A program made the translations under genes and the position numbers. From assembly GCA_022839105.1 (NCBI GenBank), contig JALHDH010000003.1, positions 66-64,065 on the forward strand: a DNA stretch of 64,000 nt. The letters run 5' to 3'. The notes under the pieces were generated by a model, which saw only the letters and a program-made list of their open reading frames with translations, ran no database searches and was not told where the DNA came from. The first letter of the stretch is position 1, and every line of letters starts with the position of its first letter. This document shows positions 53,441-63,612 of this stretch, in pieces. The DNA comes from a bacterium (lineage in GTDB: Bacteria; Vulcanimicrobiota; Xenobia; Xenobiales; Xenobiaceae).

Positions 53441-54958
53441 TCACAGCAGGGCGGAGACGATCTCGTAGATCGGCAGGAACACGGCCAGGACGACGGCGCC
53501 CGTCATGAGGCCCACCAGGGCCATCAGGACCGGCTCCATGAGTGCGGGGAGCGAGTCCAGGGCCGATTCGACTTCCACCAGATAGTAGCCGGCCAGGGTC
53601 GCGAACATCTCCTGGAGGCGGCCGGTGGACTCGCCGACGGCGGTCATGTGGACTCCCAGCGGGGTGAAGAGATCTTCGCGTCCGCTCATGCTCTGGCTCA
53701 GCAGCAGCCCTTCGCCGAGCGAGCCCGAGACTTCCCTCAAGGCTGTCGCCAGAACGCGGCTGGAAGTGACCTGGGCGGCCAGTTCCAAGGATCTCTGCAG
53801 GGTGAAGCCGGCCGCGGTCAGGCTGGACATCAGGGTGAAGACCTCGACCAGCAGGAAATCCCGAAAGACCGTGCCCAGGGCGGGAGTCTTCAGGAGGAGT
53901 CGCTCGGCTGCCGCCCGGGCAGAGGGCACCGCCAGCACCTGGCGCAGGCCCAGGAGCATCCCCGGAGGGGCCAGGACCAGGGTCAGGGTGCCCAGCGGGT
54001 GGGTGGCCAGGCGGACGGCCGTCATCAGCATCCTGGTGATCCAGGGCAACTGGACGCCGGTCCCCTCGAAGAGGGGCTGGAATTGCGGCAGGACCCAGCG
54101 GAAGGTCACCAGGTTCAGCACGATCGAGCAGAAGACCACCAGGATCGGGTAGACCATCACCGCGCGCATCCGGGCCAGGAGGGCCACCTGTCGCTCGAGG
54201 TTGGTCGCCAGACGCGGGAGGATCAGGTCCAGGCTTCCCGAGAGCTCGCCCACCTCGATCAAGGCCGCGTAGTGCGGGGGAAAGCACCTGGGGTGACGGC
54301 GCATGGCGTGCGAGAGCAGGTAGCCGTGGCAGACGGCCAGGTACAGATCCCGGGCCACCGCGCCCATGGCCCAATCCTCGGGTTGCTCGGTCAGGGTCTC
54401 CAGGGCGCGGGTCAACGAGACCCCGGATCGGTGGAGGATGGCCAACTGGTGGGTGAAGAGGGCCAGCGAGCGCAGGCCCACCCGGTAGATCTTGCGGCGG
54501 CCCAGGGCCTCGTCGGCCTCGACCTCGACCAGGTCCAGGAGGGTCAACCCCTGGAGGTGGAGGGCTTCCACGGCGCGCTCCCGGGTCAGGGCCGAGACGT
54601 AGGATTGTTCCTCCAACCCCTCCCGGGTCCGCCCCCGGTAGCGATAGAAGTGCAGTCCGGGCTGCTCCTGTGGAGCCGGGGAGGGCCTGGGGGAGGGTCC
54701 CGGGGTCGGGGGCGGCTCCGACTCCGGGACCGGAGGGATGGGGGTCAGGAGCCCCTCCAGCGGATCCGGGATCTGGGGGGAGGTCTGGGTGGGACCGCCC
54801 CCCTCCCGAGCCTTCCTGAGGAGATCCCCCCACGAGAGTCCGGGCTCCTCGGGGAGGAGCGCGCCTGGGCCGGAGACCGGTTTGGAGGCGGGGGAAGAGC
54901 GCGGCGCCATGAGGCGAAGCAGAGCGACGGCCTCGTCGCCCTCTTCCGGCCCGGGCAC
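53441..54958 (-). CDS. Type II secretion / type IV pilus platform protein (GspF/PilC family) with a Pro-rich N-terminal extension
   Basis: Two GspF repeats (LALFTHQLAILHRSGVSLTRALETL; FTLMSSLTAAGFTLQRSLELA) and three TM segments. The start is uncertain: GTG 54958, ATG 54910, or further downstream. Confidence 0.85.
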   Translation of the reverse strand: MPGPEEGDEAVALLRLMAPRSSPASKPVSGPGALLPEEPGLSWGDLLRKAREGGGPTQTSPQIPDPLEGLLTPIPPVPESEPPPTPGPSPRPSPAPQEQPGLHFYRYRGRTREGLEEQSYVSALTRERAVEALHLQGLTLLDLVEVEADEALGRRKIYRVGLRSLALFTHQLAILHRSGVSLTRALETLTEQPEDWAMGAVARDLYLAVCHGYLLSHAMRRHPRCFPPHYAALIEVGELSGSLDLILPRLATNLERQVALLARMRAVMVYPILVVFCSIVLNLVTFRWVLPQFQPLFEGTGVQLPWITRMLMTAVRLATHPLGTLTLVLAPPGMLLGLRQVLAVPSARAAAERLLLKTPALGTVFRDFLLVEVFTLMSSLTAAGFTLQRSLELAAQVTSSRVLATALREVSGSLGEGLLLSQSMSGREDLFTPLGVHMTAVGESTGRLQEMFATLAGYYLVEVESALDSLPALMEPVLMALVGLMTGAVVLAVFLPIYEIVSALL

Positions 54959-55219
54959 GCGTTCTTCAGGCAGAATCCTGGCCCCCCTCGAGGTTTCCCG
55001 GCCTGGTGCCGGGTGGCGCTTGACCCTCCCCGTCGACCCGATTTCTGCGTCGGGTTGCAGTTTATTCTAGGAGTCCGCCCTGCTCCTGGCAAGAGCTTGT
55101 TTGCACCCCCCCGAGGCTGGCTGGCCTGGACCTTCCGGGCGCAATCTGCCCGGCTCGCGAGGGACCCTGCGCTGGACGCAGAACCCCCGCTGACACCACA
55201 TGTCCAGGAGTGTCCCCTC

Positions 55220-57289
55220 GTGTCCAATCCGGAACCCGCCACCTCCCACGAGCCCTATATCGCCCCCGAAAGCGACATGCCGGAGTTCACCGTGCGCTCC
55301 ATCGTCGTCGGAGCCTTCTTCGGCATCCTCTTCGGGGCGGCCACGGTCTACCTGGCCCTCAAGGCCGGCCTGACCATCTCGGCTTCGATCCCCATCGCGG
55401 TCCTGGCCATCTCGTTGGGGCGGAAGTTCCTCAAGACCAGCATCCTGGAGAACAACATCATCCAGACCACCGGTTCGGCCGGGGAGTCGATCGCTGCGGG
55501 CGTGGTCTTCACCTTGCCGGGCTTCCTCTTTCTGACCCTGGGGCCAGACTCCCAAAGCGTCGGGGCCTCCTTCTTCAACTACTGGACCATCTTCACCCTG
55601 GCCGTCTTCGGCGGGGTCCTGGGCGTGCTGATGATGGTGCCCCTGCGCCGGGCCCTGATCGTCAAGGAACACGGCACCTTGCCCTACCCGGAGGGGACGG
55701 CCTGCGCCTCGGTCCTGATCGCCGGCGACAAGGGTGGGGATTTCGCCCGGACCGCCTACCAGGGAGTCTTCTTCGCCCTGATCTACGCCGCGTTCCAGAA
55801 GCTCTTCCACGTGATCACCGACGTGCCGGCCTTCGTCACCCGGCAGACCAACAAGTACTTCCCCTCGGCCACGGTCAACGGAGAGATCACTCCGGAGTAC
55901 CTGGGCGTCGGCTACATCATCGGTCCGCGCATCGCCGGGGTCCTGGTGGCCGGTGGCGTGCTGGCCTGGTTGGGCCTGATCCCGCTTCTGGCCACCCTGG
56001 TTCCGATGGCCGCCATCGCCGAGCAGCTCGTCAAGCTGGGGGAGCTCAAGAGCATCCTGACCCCCGGGGGACCCGGCGGATGGGATCCCGTCACCCAGAC
56101 CTTCTCGGAGACCTCGGTGGCCATCTATCGCGCCTATGTCCGGCAGATCGGTGCCGGGGCGGTGGCGGCCGGGGGCTTCATGACCCTGCTCAAGACCATG
56201 CCGACCATCCTGGCCTCCTTCAAGTCCAGCCTGGCCACCCTGAAGGATGGCGCCGGCGCTGCCAAGGTGCTGCGCACCGAGCGGGATCTCTCGATCCTCA
56301 CCGTTCTGGTCGGCAGCGTGGCCCTGGTCCTGCTCCTGGCGGTGCTTCCGGTTCTGCCCGGCGGCTCTTTCGTCAACAAGCTGCTGGTGGGAGTCCTGAT
56401 CGTGGTCTTCGGCTTCTTCTTCGTGACCGTGGCCAGCCGGATCGTCGGTCTGATCGGCTCGAGCTCCAACCCGATCTCGGGGATGACCATCGCCACCTTG
56501 ATGGGAACCTGCCTGATCTTCATCGGAGTCGGCTGGACGGGCAGCTTCTACGAACCCCTGGCCCTGGTGGTGGGCAGCATGGTCTGCATCGCTGCGGCCA
56601 ATGCAGGGGCCACCAGCCAGGACCTCAAGACCGGTTTCCTGGTCGGGGCCACCCCGCGGGCCCAGCAGATCTCCTTGTTCGTGGGGGCGCTGGCCTCTGC
56701 CCTGGTGATCGGGGCCACCATGCAGATCCTGGACAAGCCGACCGCCGACATGGCGGCCCAGGGGATCACCCATGCCATCGGTTCGGACAAGTTCCCGGCC
56801 CCCCAGGGGACCTTGATGGCCACCTTGATCCGGGGCCTGCTCTCCTTCAACCTCGACTGGCAATTCGTCCTGGTGGGCGCCTTCCTGGCCATCACCATCG
56901 AGCTCTGCGGCGTGAACGCCCTGTCCTTTGCGGTGGGGGCCTACCTGCCCTTGTCCACGACGCTGCCGATCTTCGTGGGGGGAGCCATCAAGGGGCTCGT
57001 CGACTGGAGGACCCGCTCCACCGGCCGGGAGGTGGATGAGAGCGAGCTGGGCTCGGGAAGCCTCTTCGCCACGGGCCTGGTGGCGGGAGGAGCCCTGGCC
57101 GGCGTGGCCGTGGCCTTGTTGTCGGTGAACGAGACGGTCTTCCGCACCCTGGAATCGTGGAGCGCCCGCCCGGCCCTGGTCGGGATGCTGGGCGAGGGAG
57201 GCTACCAGCTCCTGGGGCTGGCCTTCTTCCTGTTCATGGGAGCGGTCCTCTTCGCGGTGGCGCGCAAGCCCCAGAGTCCGGCGGACTGA
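55220..57289 (+). CDS. OPT family oligopeptide transporter
   Basis: GTG 55220 gives the N-terminus ...HEPYIAPESDMPEFTVRSIVVGAFFGILFGAATVYLALKAGLTISASIP, typical of bacterial OPT proteins. About 16 TM segments. Confidence 0.9.
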   Translation: MSNPEPATSHEPYIAPESDMPEFTVRSIVVGAFFGILFGAATVYLALKAGLTISASIPIAVLAISLGRKFLKTSILENNIIQTTGSAGESIAAGVVFTLPGFLFLTLGPDSQSVGASFFNYWTIFTLAVFGGVLGVLMMVPLRRALIVKEHGTLPYPEGTACASVLIAGDKGGDFARTAYQGVFFALIYAAFQKLFHVITDVPAFVTRQTNKYFPSATVNGEITPEYLGVGYIIGPRIAGVLVAGGVLAWLGLIPLLATLVPMAAIAEQLVKLGELKSILTPGGPGGWDPVTQTFSETSVAIYRAYVRQIGAGAVAAGGFMTLLKTMPTILASFKSSLATLKDGAGAAKVLRTERDLSILTVLVGSVALVLLLAVLPVLPGGSFVNKLLVGVLIVVFGFFFVTVASRIVGLIGSSSNPISGMTIATLMGTCLIFIGVGWTGSFYEPLALVVGSMVCIAAANAGATSQDLKTGFLVGATPRAQQISLFVGALASALVIGATMQILDKPTADMAAQGITHAIGSDKFPAPQGTLMATLIRGLLSFNLDWQFVLVGAFLAITIELCGVNALSFAVGAYLPLSTTLPIFVGGAIKGLVDWRTRSTGREVDESELGSGSLFATGLVAGGALAGVAVALLSVNETVFRTLESWSARPALVGMLGEGGYQLLGLAFFLFMGAVLFAVARKPQSPAD

Positions 57290-59021
57290 GGGGCTCCGGG
57301 GGGGCGCTGGAGGACTTCCGGTCCAGCATCTCACGGACCTTCTCTGCCAGATCCCTGCGGGTGAAGGGCTTCTCGAGGAACTCAAAGCCCTGGGAGGAGG
57401 AATCCTGGTCTGCGGAGGGCCGGTGCTGGTGCCCCGAGGTGCACAGCACCGGGATTCCGGGGCGAAGCCCCCGGGCCTTCCGGGCCAGCTCCCAACCCTG
57501 GAGCCTTCCCGGCATGACCAGGTCGGTCATCAGGAAGTCCAGGGGGCAGGTGGCGTCGGCGAGGATCGCCAGCGCCGCCTCGCCCGTTCCGGCCGTCCGG
57601 GTCGAATAGCCCAGGGATTCGAGCATCCGGACCATCAGATCGCACAGGATCGGATCGTCCTCCACCACCAGGAGGGTCTCGGTTCCCCGGGGCAGCTCCG
57701 GGGCCGTCTCGGACGAGTCCAGGGCCTCGGCGTGTCCGTCGGCGACGGGCAGGAAGAGTTGGAAGGTCGAGCCGGAACCGGGCCGGCTCTGGGCCTGCAG
57801 ATGGCCTTGGGCCTGTCGGATGGTGTTCAGGACGGTGGTCAGGCCCAGGCCGGTCCCCTGGCCCGGGGGCTTGGTCGTGAAGAAGGGCTCTCCCAGCCGC
57901 TCGAGGACTTCCGGGTCCATCCCCAGGCCCGTGTCGGCGACCTCCAGGAGGACGGCCGGTCCGGGCTGGAATCCGGGGCGATCCCGGCAGAACTGTGCAT
58001 CCAGGGTCACCATCCGGGTGCTCAGCGTCAGCGTTCCCCCCTCGGGCATCGCGTCGCGGGCGTTGAGGGCCAGGTTGGTCAGCACCTGCTCGAACTGGTG
58101 GACATCGATCTCCACCGGTTCCAGGTCGGGATCCAGGCGGCACTCGATGGCGATGTGCGCGCCCAGGGTCCGGTCCAGCAGATCCCGCATCCCTCGGACG
58201 ATCTGGTTGAGGGAGATCACCACGGGCTGCCAGGTCTGGCGCCTGGAGAAGACCAGGATCCTGCGCGTCAGGGCGCTGGCGCGCAGGGCGGCCCGCATGA
58301 TCTCGGTCACCTCCTGGCGGGCGGCCGGTGAGGAGGTCACCTCCGGTCGGCTCAGGAGCAGCTCGCCGTAACCCGTGATGGTGGTCAACTGGTTGTTGAA
58401 GTCATGCGCGATCCCCCCGGCCAGTTGCCCCAGGGCCTCCATCTTCTGGGCCTGGCGGAGCTGCTCGGCGCTGGCCAGCAGGGCCTGCTCCACCCTCTCG
58501 CGCTCGGCGACCTCCTCCTTGAGCTTGCGATTGGCCTCCTCGAGTTCGGTCATCTTGTCCTCGAGGCGGCGAACCAGGGCCTCGCTGTAGCGCGTCATGG
58601 TCGACTCGGGCGGCGTGATGGGGCAACTGGCGGCAGGAGCGGGCCGGGTCTCGTCCCGGGTCAGGAGCGGCATGAGCGCCGCCAGGAAATCCTCGGGTTC
58701 GGAGGGTTTGGTCAGGAAGGCCTCGGCCCCCAGCTCGTAGCCCAACTGGCGGTCCCGGGGATCGGTGTAGGTGGCCGTGTAGAAGACGAAGGGGATGTGG
58801 CAGAGCCGCGGATCGGCCTTGAGTTCGCGGCACAAGGTGTAGCCGTCCATGACTGGCATCAGGATGTCCGAGACCACCAGATCGGGCGGGTCCTTCCGGG
58901 CCAGTTCCAGGGCCTGGACCCCATCCCGGGCGCTGACCACCTCCAGGCCCTGGCTCCCCAGCAGGGCCTCGAGGAAGTAGAGGTTCTCGGCGTGGTCGTC
59001 GACGATCAGGACCCGCTTCAC
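57234..59021 (-). CDS. Hybrid sensor histidine kinase (REC-HisKA-HATPase-REC)
   Basis: GTG start overlapping the upstream stop (GTGA). N-terminal REC (VLIVDDH...[12 protein letters not shown]), H-box [15 protein letters not shown]-boxes DTGLGM and GTGLGL, and C-terminal REC (LLVVEDD...LMTDLVMP). Confidence 0.9.
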   Translation of the reverse strand: MKRVLIVDDHAENLYFLEALLGSQGLEVVSARDGVQALELARKDPPDLVVSDILMPVMDGYTLCRELKADPRLCHIPFVFYTATYTDPRDRQLGYELGAEAFLTKPSEPEDFLAALMPLLTRDETRPAPAASCPITPPESTMTRYSEALVRRLEDKMTELEEANRKLKEEVAERERVEQALLASAEQLRQAQKMEALGQLAGGIAHDFNNQLTTITGYGELLLSRPEVTSSPAARQEVTEIMRAALRASALTRRILVFSRRQTWQPVVISLNQIVRGMRDLLDRTLGAHIAIECRLDPDLEPVEIDVHQFEQVLTNLALNARDAMPEGGTLTLSTRMVTLDAQFCRDRPGFQPGPAVLLEVADTGLGMDPEVLERLGEPFFTTKPPGQGTGLGLTTVLNTIRQAQGHLQAQSRPGSGSTFQLFLPVADGHAEALDSSETAPELPRGTETLLVVEDDPILCDLMVRMLESLGYSTRTAGTGEAALAILADATCPLDFLMTDLVMPGRLQGWELARKARGLRPGIPVLCTSGHQHRPSADQDSSSQGFEFLEKPFTRRDLAEKVREMLDRKSSSAPPEPLSPPDSGACAPPRRGPLP

Positions 59022-59413
59022 GGCCGGGGCTCCGGGGCGGCGGGACGCAGATGGCGCCTGACCTGTTCGACGAAGATGTCCGGATCGATGGGTTTTTCGA
59101 GGTATCCGTCGAAGCCCGCGGCCACGGCCCGGGCCTGGTCTCCGGCCATGGCATAGGAGGTGACCGCCACCAGCGGGGTGCCGGCCAGGGCCGGATCCCG
59201 ACGCAGGGCCCGGGCCACCGCGTGTCCATCCATCCCGGGCAACTGGATGTCCAGCAGGATCAGGGCAGGCTTCTCGGCTGCGGCCATGGCGATGCCGGCC
59301 GGGCCATCGGGGGCGGCCACCACCTCGAAGCCGCTCTTCTCCAGAAGGAAGGTCAGCAGATAGCGGTTCGGCTCATGGTCTTCGATCAGCAGGATCTTGG
59401 TCTTGGGGGGCAA
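59018..59413 (-). CDS. Single-domain response regulator (CheY-like)
   Basis: TTG start with GAAAGGA upstream. [24 protein letters not shown] and YLEKP. Confidence 0.9.
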   Translation of the reverse strand: MPPKTKILLIEDHEPNRYLLTFLLEKSGFEVVAAPDGPAGIAMAAAEKPALILLDIQLPGMDGHAVARALRRDPALAGTPLVAVTSYAMAGDQARAVAAGFDGYLEKPIDPDIFVEQVRRHLRPAAPEPRP

Positions 59414-61085
59414 CGGCGGGTCCTTTCTCGGAGGGCAGCTCCAGGGTGAAGGTGCTGCCCGCCCCTGGTTCGCTCTCGGCGGTGATTCGCCCCCCCAGAA
59501 GATGAGCCAGCCGGGCGCAGATCGCCAGCCCCAGTCCCGTCCCCTCCTGGGGCCTGGGGCTCTGGCTCTCGACCTGCTTGAAGGGCTTGAAGAGTTCGGC
59601 CAGATCCTCCGGGGCGATCCCGATGCCGGTGTCCTGGACCGAGAGCCGGAGGGGCTGGCCAGGCTCGGCGCGCACCAGGAGCGTCACTTCGCCCTGGTCG
59701 GTGAACTTCACGGCGTTGCCCAGGAGGTTGATCAGGATCTGCTCCACCCGGCGCCGATCGCTGCGGATCCGGCCTGGATCGGGAGGGAATCGGCCCTGCA
59801 GGATCAGGCCCTTCTTCTCGGCCAGCGGCTGGATGGTGGCCAGAACCCGTTCCAGGACCTCGGGCAGGGGAAACTCCTCACAGTTCACGTGCAGCTCGCC
59901 GGCCTCGATCTTCGAGATGTCCAGGACGTCGTTGATCAGGTCCAGGAGGTGCCGGGCGCTGGCGCGGACCATGCCCATCTGGCGGGCCTGCTCGGGGTTC
60001 AGGGGGCCCGCCAGCCCCTGTTCCAGGATTCCCGAGAACCCGATGATCGAGTTGAGCGGGGTGCGAAGCTCGTGGGACATGGTGGCCAGGAAGGTGGACT
60101 TGACCCGATCCGCCGACTCGGCGCGCTCCTTGGCCGCGGCCAGTTCGGCGGTCCGCTCCAGGACGCGCTGTTCCATCTCCTGGTAGGCTGCGCGCAGCTC
60201 CCGGGTGCGCAGGCGGACCTGGTGGCGCAGGATCGCGCCCCCGATCAGGCTGAGCAGCAGGGCGGAGGCCAGGAAACCGCCCAGGAGCCAGAGCCAGTCG
60301 GGAAGCTTGAAGTCCACCTCTTTCGAGATCCAGTGGTTCAAGGACTCGTAGTAGACCGAGTCGGGATCCCGCTTGAGGTCCTCGAGCTGGCGGTCCAGGG
60401 CGGGGAGAAGCCGCCTGGGATCCCCCCGGGTGACTGCGAAGTACAGGCTGGAGGGGTCGAAGACGATTCCCGTCTCTTCCAGGCCGCTTTCCCTGGCGTG
60501 CATCTGCCCGAAGAAGCGGTTGGTGACCGTCGCGTCGGCCAGACCCTGGGCGGTCCACCCGAAGGCCGTCTGGTAGTCGGGAGCCTCCAGAAGGGTGGTC
60601 TCGAGCTGGAAACTTTCGGCCAGTTGCGAGAAGGCTTCGAGCTGGATCGAGCCCTCCAGGGTGGCTACCCGCTTCCCCTTCAGGTCCAGGATCGAGTGGA
60701 TTCCCGTGCCCTTGCGGATATAGACCTGGGACCAAGAGGCCAGGATGGGAATCCGGTTGAAGTCCATCTTCCTGGCCCGCTCGGCCGTGAAGGCCACGTC
60801 CGGCATCAGGTCGATCTCGCCCCGCATCAGCCGGGCCTGCCCCTCCGAGAAGGTTCCAGGCACGTAGATCAGGCGCCAGCCCTCCCGGCGGGCCACCTCT
60901 TCGAGGATGTCGGGGAAGATGCCCTCGGGCTGGCCGGAAGCGGAGAGCGAGACCTTCGGGGAATTCTGGTAGATCCCCACGCGGACGGGTCGCCCCTCGG
61001 GGGGCGCCGCGGCCGGAAGGGTCAAGGCGACCAGGGTCAGGACCAGGAAGAAGGCGCCGAGCAGGTTCCGGAACCGCGAGGACAT
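59373..61085 (-). CDS. Sensor histidine kinase with a periplasmic solute-binding (SBP_bac_3-like) domain
   Basis: Signal/anchor, then a roughly 230-aa SBP-like domain ([11 protein letters not shown]...), a TM segment, H-box [17 protein letters not shown]-box [12 protein letters not shown], and G-boxes DTGIGI and GTGLGL. Confidence 0.85.
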   Translation of the reverse strand: MSSRFRNLLGAFFLVLTLVALTLPAAAPPEGRPVRVGIYQNSPKVSLSASGQPEGIFPDILEEVARREGWRLIYVPGTFSEGQARLMRGEIDLMPDVAFTAERARKMDFNRIPILASWSQVYIRKGTGIHSILDLKGKRVATLEGSIQLEAFSQLAESFQLETTLLEAPDYQTAFGWTAQGLADATVTNRFFGQMHARESGLEETGIVFDPSSLYFAVTRGDPRRLLPALDRQLEDLKRDPDSVYYESLNHWISKEVDFKLPDWLWLLGGFLASALLLSLIGGAILRHQVRLRTRELRAAYQEMEQRVLERTAELAAAKERAESADRVKSTFLATMSHELRTPLNSIIGFSGILEQGLAGPLNPEQARQMGMVRASARHLLDLINDVLDISKIEAGELHVNCEEFPLPEVLERVLATIQPLAEKKGLILQGRFPPDPGRIRSDRRRVEQILINLLGNAVKFTDQGEVTLLVRAEPGQPLRLSVQDTGIGIAPEDLAELFKPFKQVESQSPRPQEGTGLGLAICARLAHLLGGRITAESEPGAGSTFTLELPSEKGPAVAPQDQDPADRRP

Positions 61086-61212
61086 GCGGGAGACTTCGCG
61101 TCGGAAGGCCAACCTCCCCGCCCTGGTTCACAGGTGGCTCAGGGATCTCGAGCCGGTGAGCCTGAATCCGCCGCCTGGCAGCCCACAGCCGGGCCTGCTT
61201 TCGGGTCGTTCT

Positions 61213-61677
61213 TCACGCCTCACTTCGCCGGTTCACGAACTCGGGAAGTTGCCGGACGAAGTCCCGGATCTCGTCGCGGACCCGGCGATAGACCCCCAGG
61301 GCCTCCTCTGGGGAGGCCGCCTGACGGGCCAGGGTAGGAGGGTCCTCGAAGCTGGCATGGATCCTGGGGGTGCGGCCGGGGAAGAGGGGACACATCTCCC
61401 GGGCGTGGTCGCACACCGTCACCACGCAGTCGAAGTCCAGGTGGGCCACCTCGTCCAGCGTCTTGGAACGCTGCCGGCTGATGTCCACGCCGGCTTCCCT
61501 CATGACCTGGACGGCATGGGGGTTCAGGCCGTGGGCCTCCAGCCCGGCCGACCAGGCCTCGAGGCGGTCGGGGGCCAGGGCGCGGGCCCATCCTTCGGCC
61601 ATCTGGCTGCGGCACGAGTTGCCGGTGCACAGGAACAGGATCCGCCGGAGGGCAGGGACGTCGGGTGTCGGGTTCAC
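61213..61677 (-). CDS. arsC: Arsenate reductase, LMW-PTPase/thioredoxin-coupled type
   Basis: GTG 61677 with AGGAGGAGG upstream, overlapping the arsR stop (GTGA). P-loop ILFLCTGNSCRSQMAEGW and VVTVCD. Confidence 0.9.
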   Translation of the reverse strand: MNPTPDVPALRRILFLCTGNSCRSQMAEGWARALAPDRLEAWSAGLEAHGLNPHAVQVMREAGVDISRQRSKTLDEVAHLDFDCVVTVCDHAREMCPLFPGRTPRIHASFEDPPTLARQAASPEEALGVYRRVRDEIRDFVRQLPEFVNRRSEA

Positions 61678-62054
61678 GGTTCCTCCTCCTGGTCCAGCGG
61701 AGTCCGGCAGTCCGGGGCCCTCTCGAGGCACGGTTGAAGCCGGTCCACCAGGTCGCCGAAGCGCCCCAGGACCTCGCGGTCGACGCAGTAGCAGACTCGC
61801 GGCCCGGCGATGGTCCCCTGCACCAGGCCGGAGTCCTTCAGGACCTTGAGGTGCTGGGAGACGGTCGACTGGGCCAGGGGCAGGTGCTCGACGATGTCGC
61901 CGCACATGCAGGTGTCCCGGGACAGCAGGAAGCGCACGATGCGCACCCGGGCAGGGTGTCCAAGGGCCTTGGCCAGGCGGGCCAGGTCGCGCTCGAAGCC
62001 CGCGTCGTCCAGGGGCGTTCCGTCCAGGGAGGGTTGCTTCGGCGGGGTTCTCAT
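61674..62054 (-). CDS. arsR: ArsR/SmtB family metalloregulator
   Basis: LAKALGHPARVRIVRFLL, metal-site CMCGD, and the HTH VEHLPLAQSTVSQHLKVLKDSGLV. Confidence 0.9.
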   Translation of the reverse strand: MRTPPKQPSLDGTPLDDAGFERDLARLAKALGHPARVRIVRFLLSRDTCMCGDIVEHLPLAQSTVSQHLKVLKDSGLVQGTIAGPRVCYCVDREVLGRFGDLVDRLQPCLERAPDCRTPLDQEEEP

Positions 62055-62073
62055 CGCGGAATAACGATAGGAT
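62051..62073. promoter_or_regulatory. Operator-like element, copy 1 (TCATCGCGGAATAACGATAGGAT)
   Basis: 19 of 23 positions are identical to copy 2. It has the internal dyad ATCG-N8-CGAT and overlaps the arsR -10 and start codon. Confidence 0.5.
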
Positions 62074-62092
62074 GAGGGCCAGGGGCTGTCAA
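62064..62092 (-). promoter_or_regulatory. Sigma70-type promoter of arsR-arsC (TTGACA-N17-TATCGT), predicting a near-leaderless mRNA
   Basis: On the minus strand, TTGACA is at plus-strand 62087-62092, followed by a 17-nt spacer and TATCGT (62064-62069). The ATG at 62054 is only 9 nt past the -10. Confidence 0.55.
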
Positions 62093-62210
62093 GCGCGGTG
62101 CGGGAGCCTGGACCTGCGGGTCGCCTTCCGCCCGATGTCCGGTCAGCCACGTCGGCCCGGGCCGCTCGCTCTCGCCGTCCGCTCCGCCGGGAGATATGAG
62201 GCTCTTGCGC

Positions 62211-62233
62211 TCATCGTAGAATTGCGATAGGAT
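62211..62233. promoter_or_regulatory. Operator-like element, copy 2 (TCATCGTAGAATTGCGATAGGAT), overlapping a TAGAAT -10-like box of arsM
   Basis: Same dyad ATCG-N8-CGAT. TAGAAT at 62217-62222, GGAGG at 62242-62246 and GTG at 62254. Confidence 0.5.
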
Positions 62234-62253
62234 TCGCCCGTGGAGGCGCCTGC

Positions 62254-63120
62254 GTGTCTCCCAGTCCGAAGATGGAGGAGCGTCTCGTGACCAGCCAGCC
62301 CGATATCCGCCTGCAGGTTTCCAAGGCCTATGCCGAGGCCGTGTCCCGACCCGTCAGCAGCGGGGGGTGCTGCTCGGGGCCCAGCCCCAAGGGGGTGGCC
62401 GCGCGGGCGGCGGGCTATGGCGAGGAGGAGCTGGCCGGCCTTCCCGAGGATGCCGTGGCCAACGCCTTCGGTTGCGGGAATCCCGTGGCCTTCAGCGAGG
62501 TGGGGGAGGGCGAGGTGGTCCTGGACCTGGGTTCCGGCGCCGGCCTGGACCTGTTGCTGGCGGCCCGCAAGGTCGGGCCTGCGGGGCGGGTGATCGGGGT
62601 GGACATGACGCCCGAGATGCTGGAGCGAGCCCGCCGCAACGTGGCGGACCAGGCCAATATCGAGGTGCGCCAGGGGTTCATCGAGGAACTGCCCGTGGAG
62701 GACGGCTCGGTGGACTGGGTGATCTCCAACTGCGTGATCAACCTCTCGCCCGACAAGCCCCGGGTCTTCCGCGAGATCGCGCGGGTGCTCAAGCCCGGCG
62801 GCCGGATGCGGGTCTCGGACATCGTGGTCCAGGACCTGCCCGAGGAAGTGCGCCGGGATCCCGCCCTCTATTGTTCCTGCATCTCGGGAGCCATCAGCGA
62901 GGAGGAATACCTGCAGGGCCTGCGGGCTGCGGGCCTTCAGGATGTCGAGGTCCTGGAGCGGGCCGTCTACTCGGGGACCACTTTGGAGGACTTCGTGAAG
63001 TCCGAGCTGCCGGTCAACCAGCGCTCCTGCTGCGGTCCCGCGGCCGGCATGGCCCGAAGCCTGGAAGGCAAGGTCTGGAGCGCTCGCTTCGCGGCCCGGA
63101 AGGCCCCTGCCGTGGACTGA
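62254..63120 (+). CDS. arsM: Arsenite S-adenosylmethionine methyltransferase
   Basis: N-terminal Cys pair GGCCSG, FGCGNP, SAM motif VLDLGSGAGLDLL, ISNCVINLSPDK and the later CSC. Confidence 0.9.
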   Translation: MSPSPKMEERLVTSQPDIRLQVSKAYAEAVSRPVSSGGCCSGPSPKGVAARAAGYGEEELAGLPEDAVANAFGCGNPVAFSEVGEGEVVLDLGSGAGLDLLLAARKVGPAGRVIGVDMTPEMLERARRNVADQANIEVRQGFIEELPVEDGSVDWVISNCVINLSPDKPRVFREIARVLKPGGRMRVSDIVVQDLPEEVRRDPALYCSCISGAISEEEYLQGLRAAGLQDVEVLERAVYSGTTLEDFVKSELPVNQRSCCGPAAGMARSLEGKVWSARFAARKAPAVD

Positions 63121-63339
63121 GGGGGCCCGACGGGCTTGAGTCCCAGGCCCCAGACGTCGCTCGAGTCCTCCGAGAAGTCCACATCGCCCAGATGTGGTGG
63201 CATCTCAATCCTCATGAAGCCGCAGGACTTTGGGTTGGGGGCGCCCCCCGCCTGGTTCGGAGGAGGGGCTTCTGGGATCCCAGGGCCTCTTCGGGTGGCG
63301 CTGCCAGGGATGCCGGCCCGCAGGGTGAACGATCAGGAC

Positions 63340-63612
63340 ATGGACGCTTCCCCGGGAAATCCGGTGCTGGACAGGCTTCGGGAGTTGGTTGTGCCGCAGG
63401 CCCCCTTGACTCCGGCCGCCGCCCTGCGGGTGGCTTTCGACCTGGCCGATGCGGGCACCGACATGATGCGCGTGAGCTTGCAGCGCCGCCATCCTGGGGC
63501 TTCAGAGGAAGAAGTCGAGGCCATGCTCCGAAATTGGCTCCATTGTCGGCCCGGGGCCGAACACGGCGACTCCTGGGGACGACCTGCCCCCGAGCGCATC
63601 CCCCGACCGTGA
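63340..63612 (+). CDS. Small hypothetical protein (possible antitoxin-like partner)
   Basis: ATG 63340, 90 aa. Its stop overlaps the GTG start of the next gene (GTGA). Confidence 0.45.
   Translation: MDASPGNPVLDRLRELVVPQAPLTPAAALRVAFDLADAGTDMMRVSLQRRHPGASEEEVEAMLRNWLHCRPGAEHGDSWGRPAPERIPRP

Noticed and set aside
53648-55219. The N-terminal ~520 aa of the 1213-aa plus-strand ORF that ends as the OPT transporter.
   Set aside because: This part is antisense to the GspF-like gene and is compositionally aberrant. OPT homology begins only at HEPYIAPESDMPEF, with an in-frame GTG at 55220.
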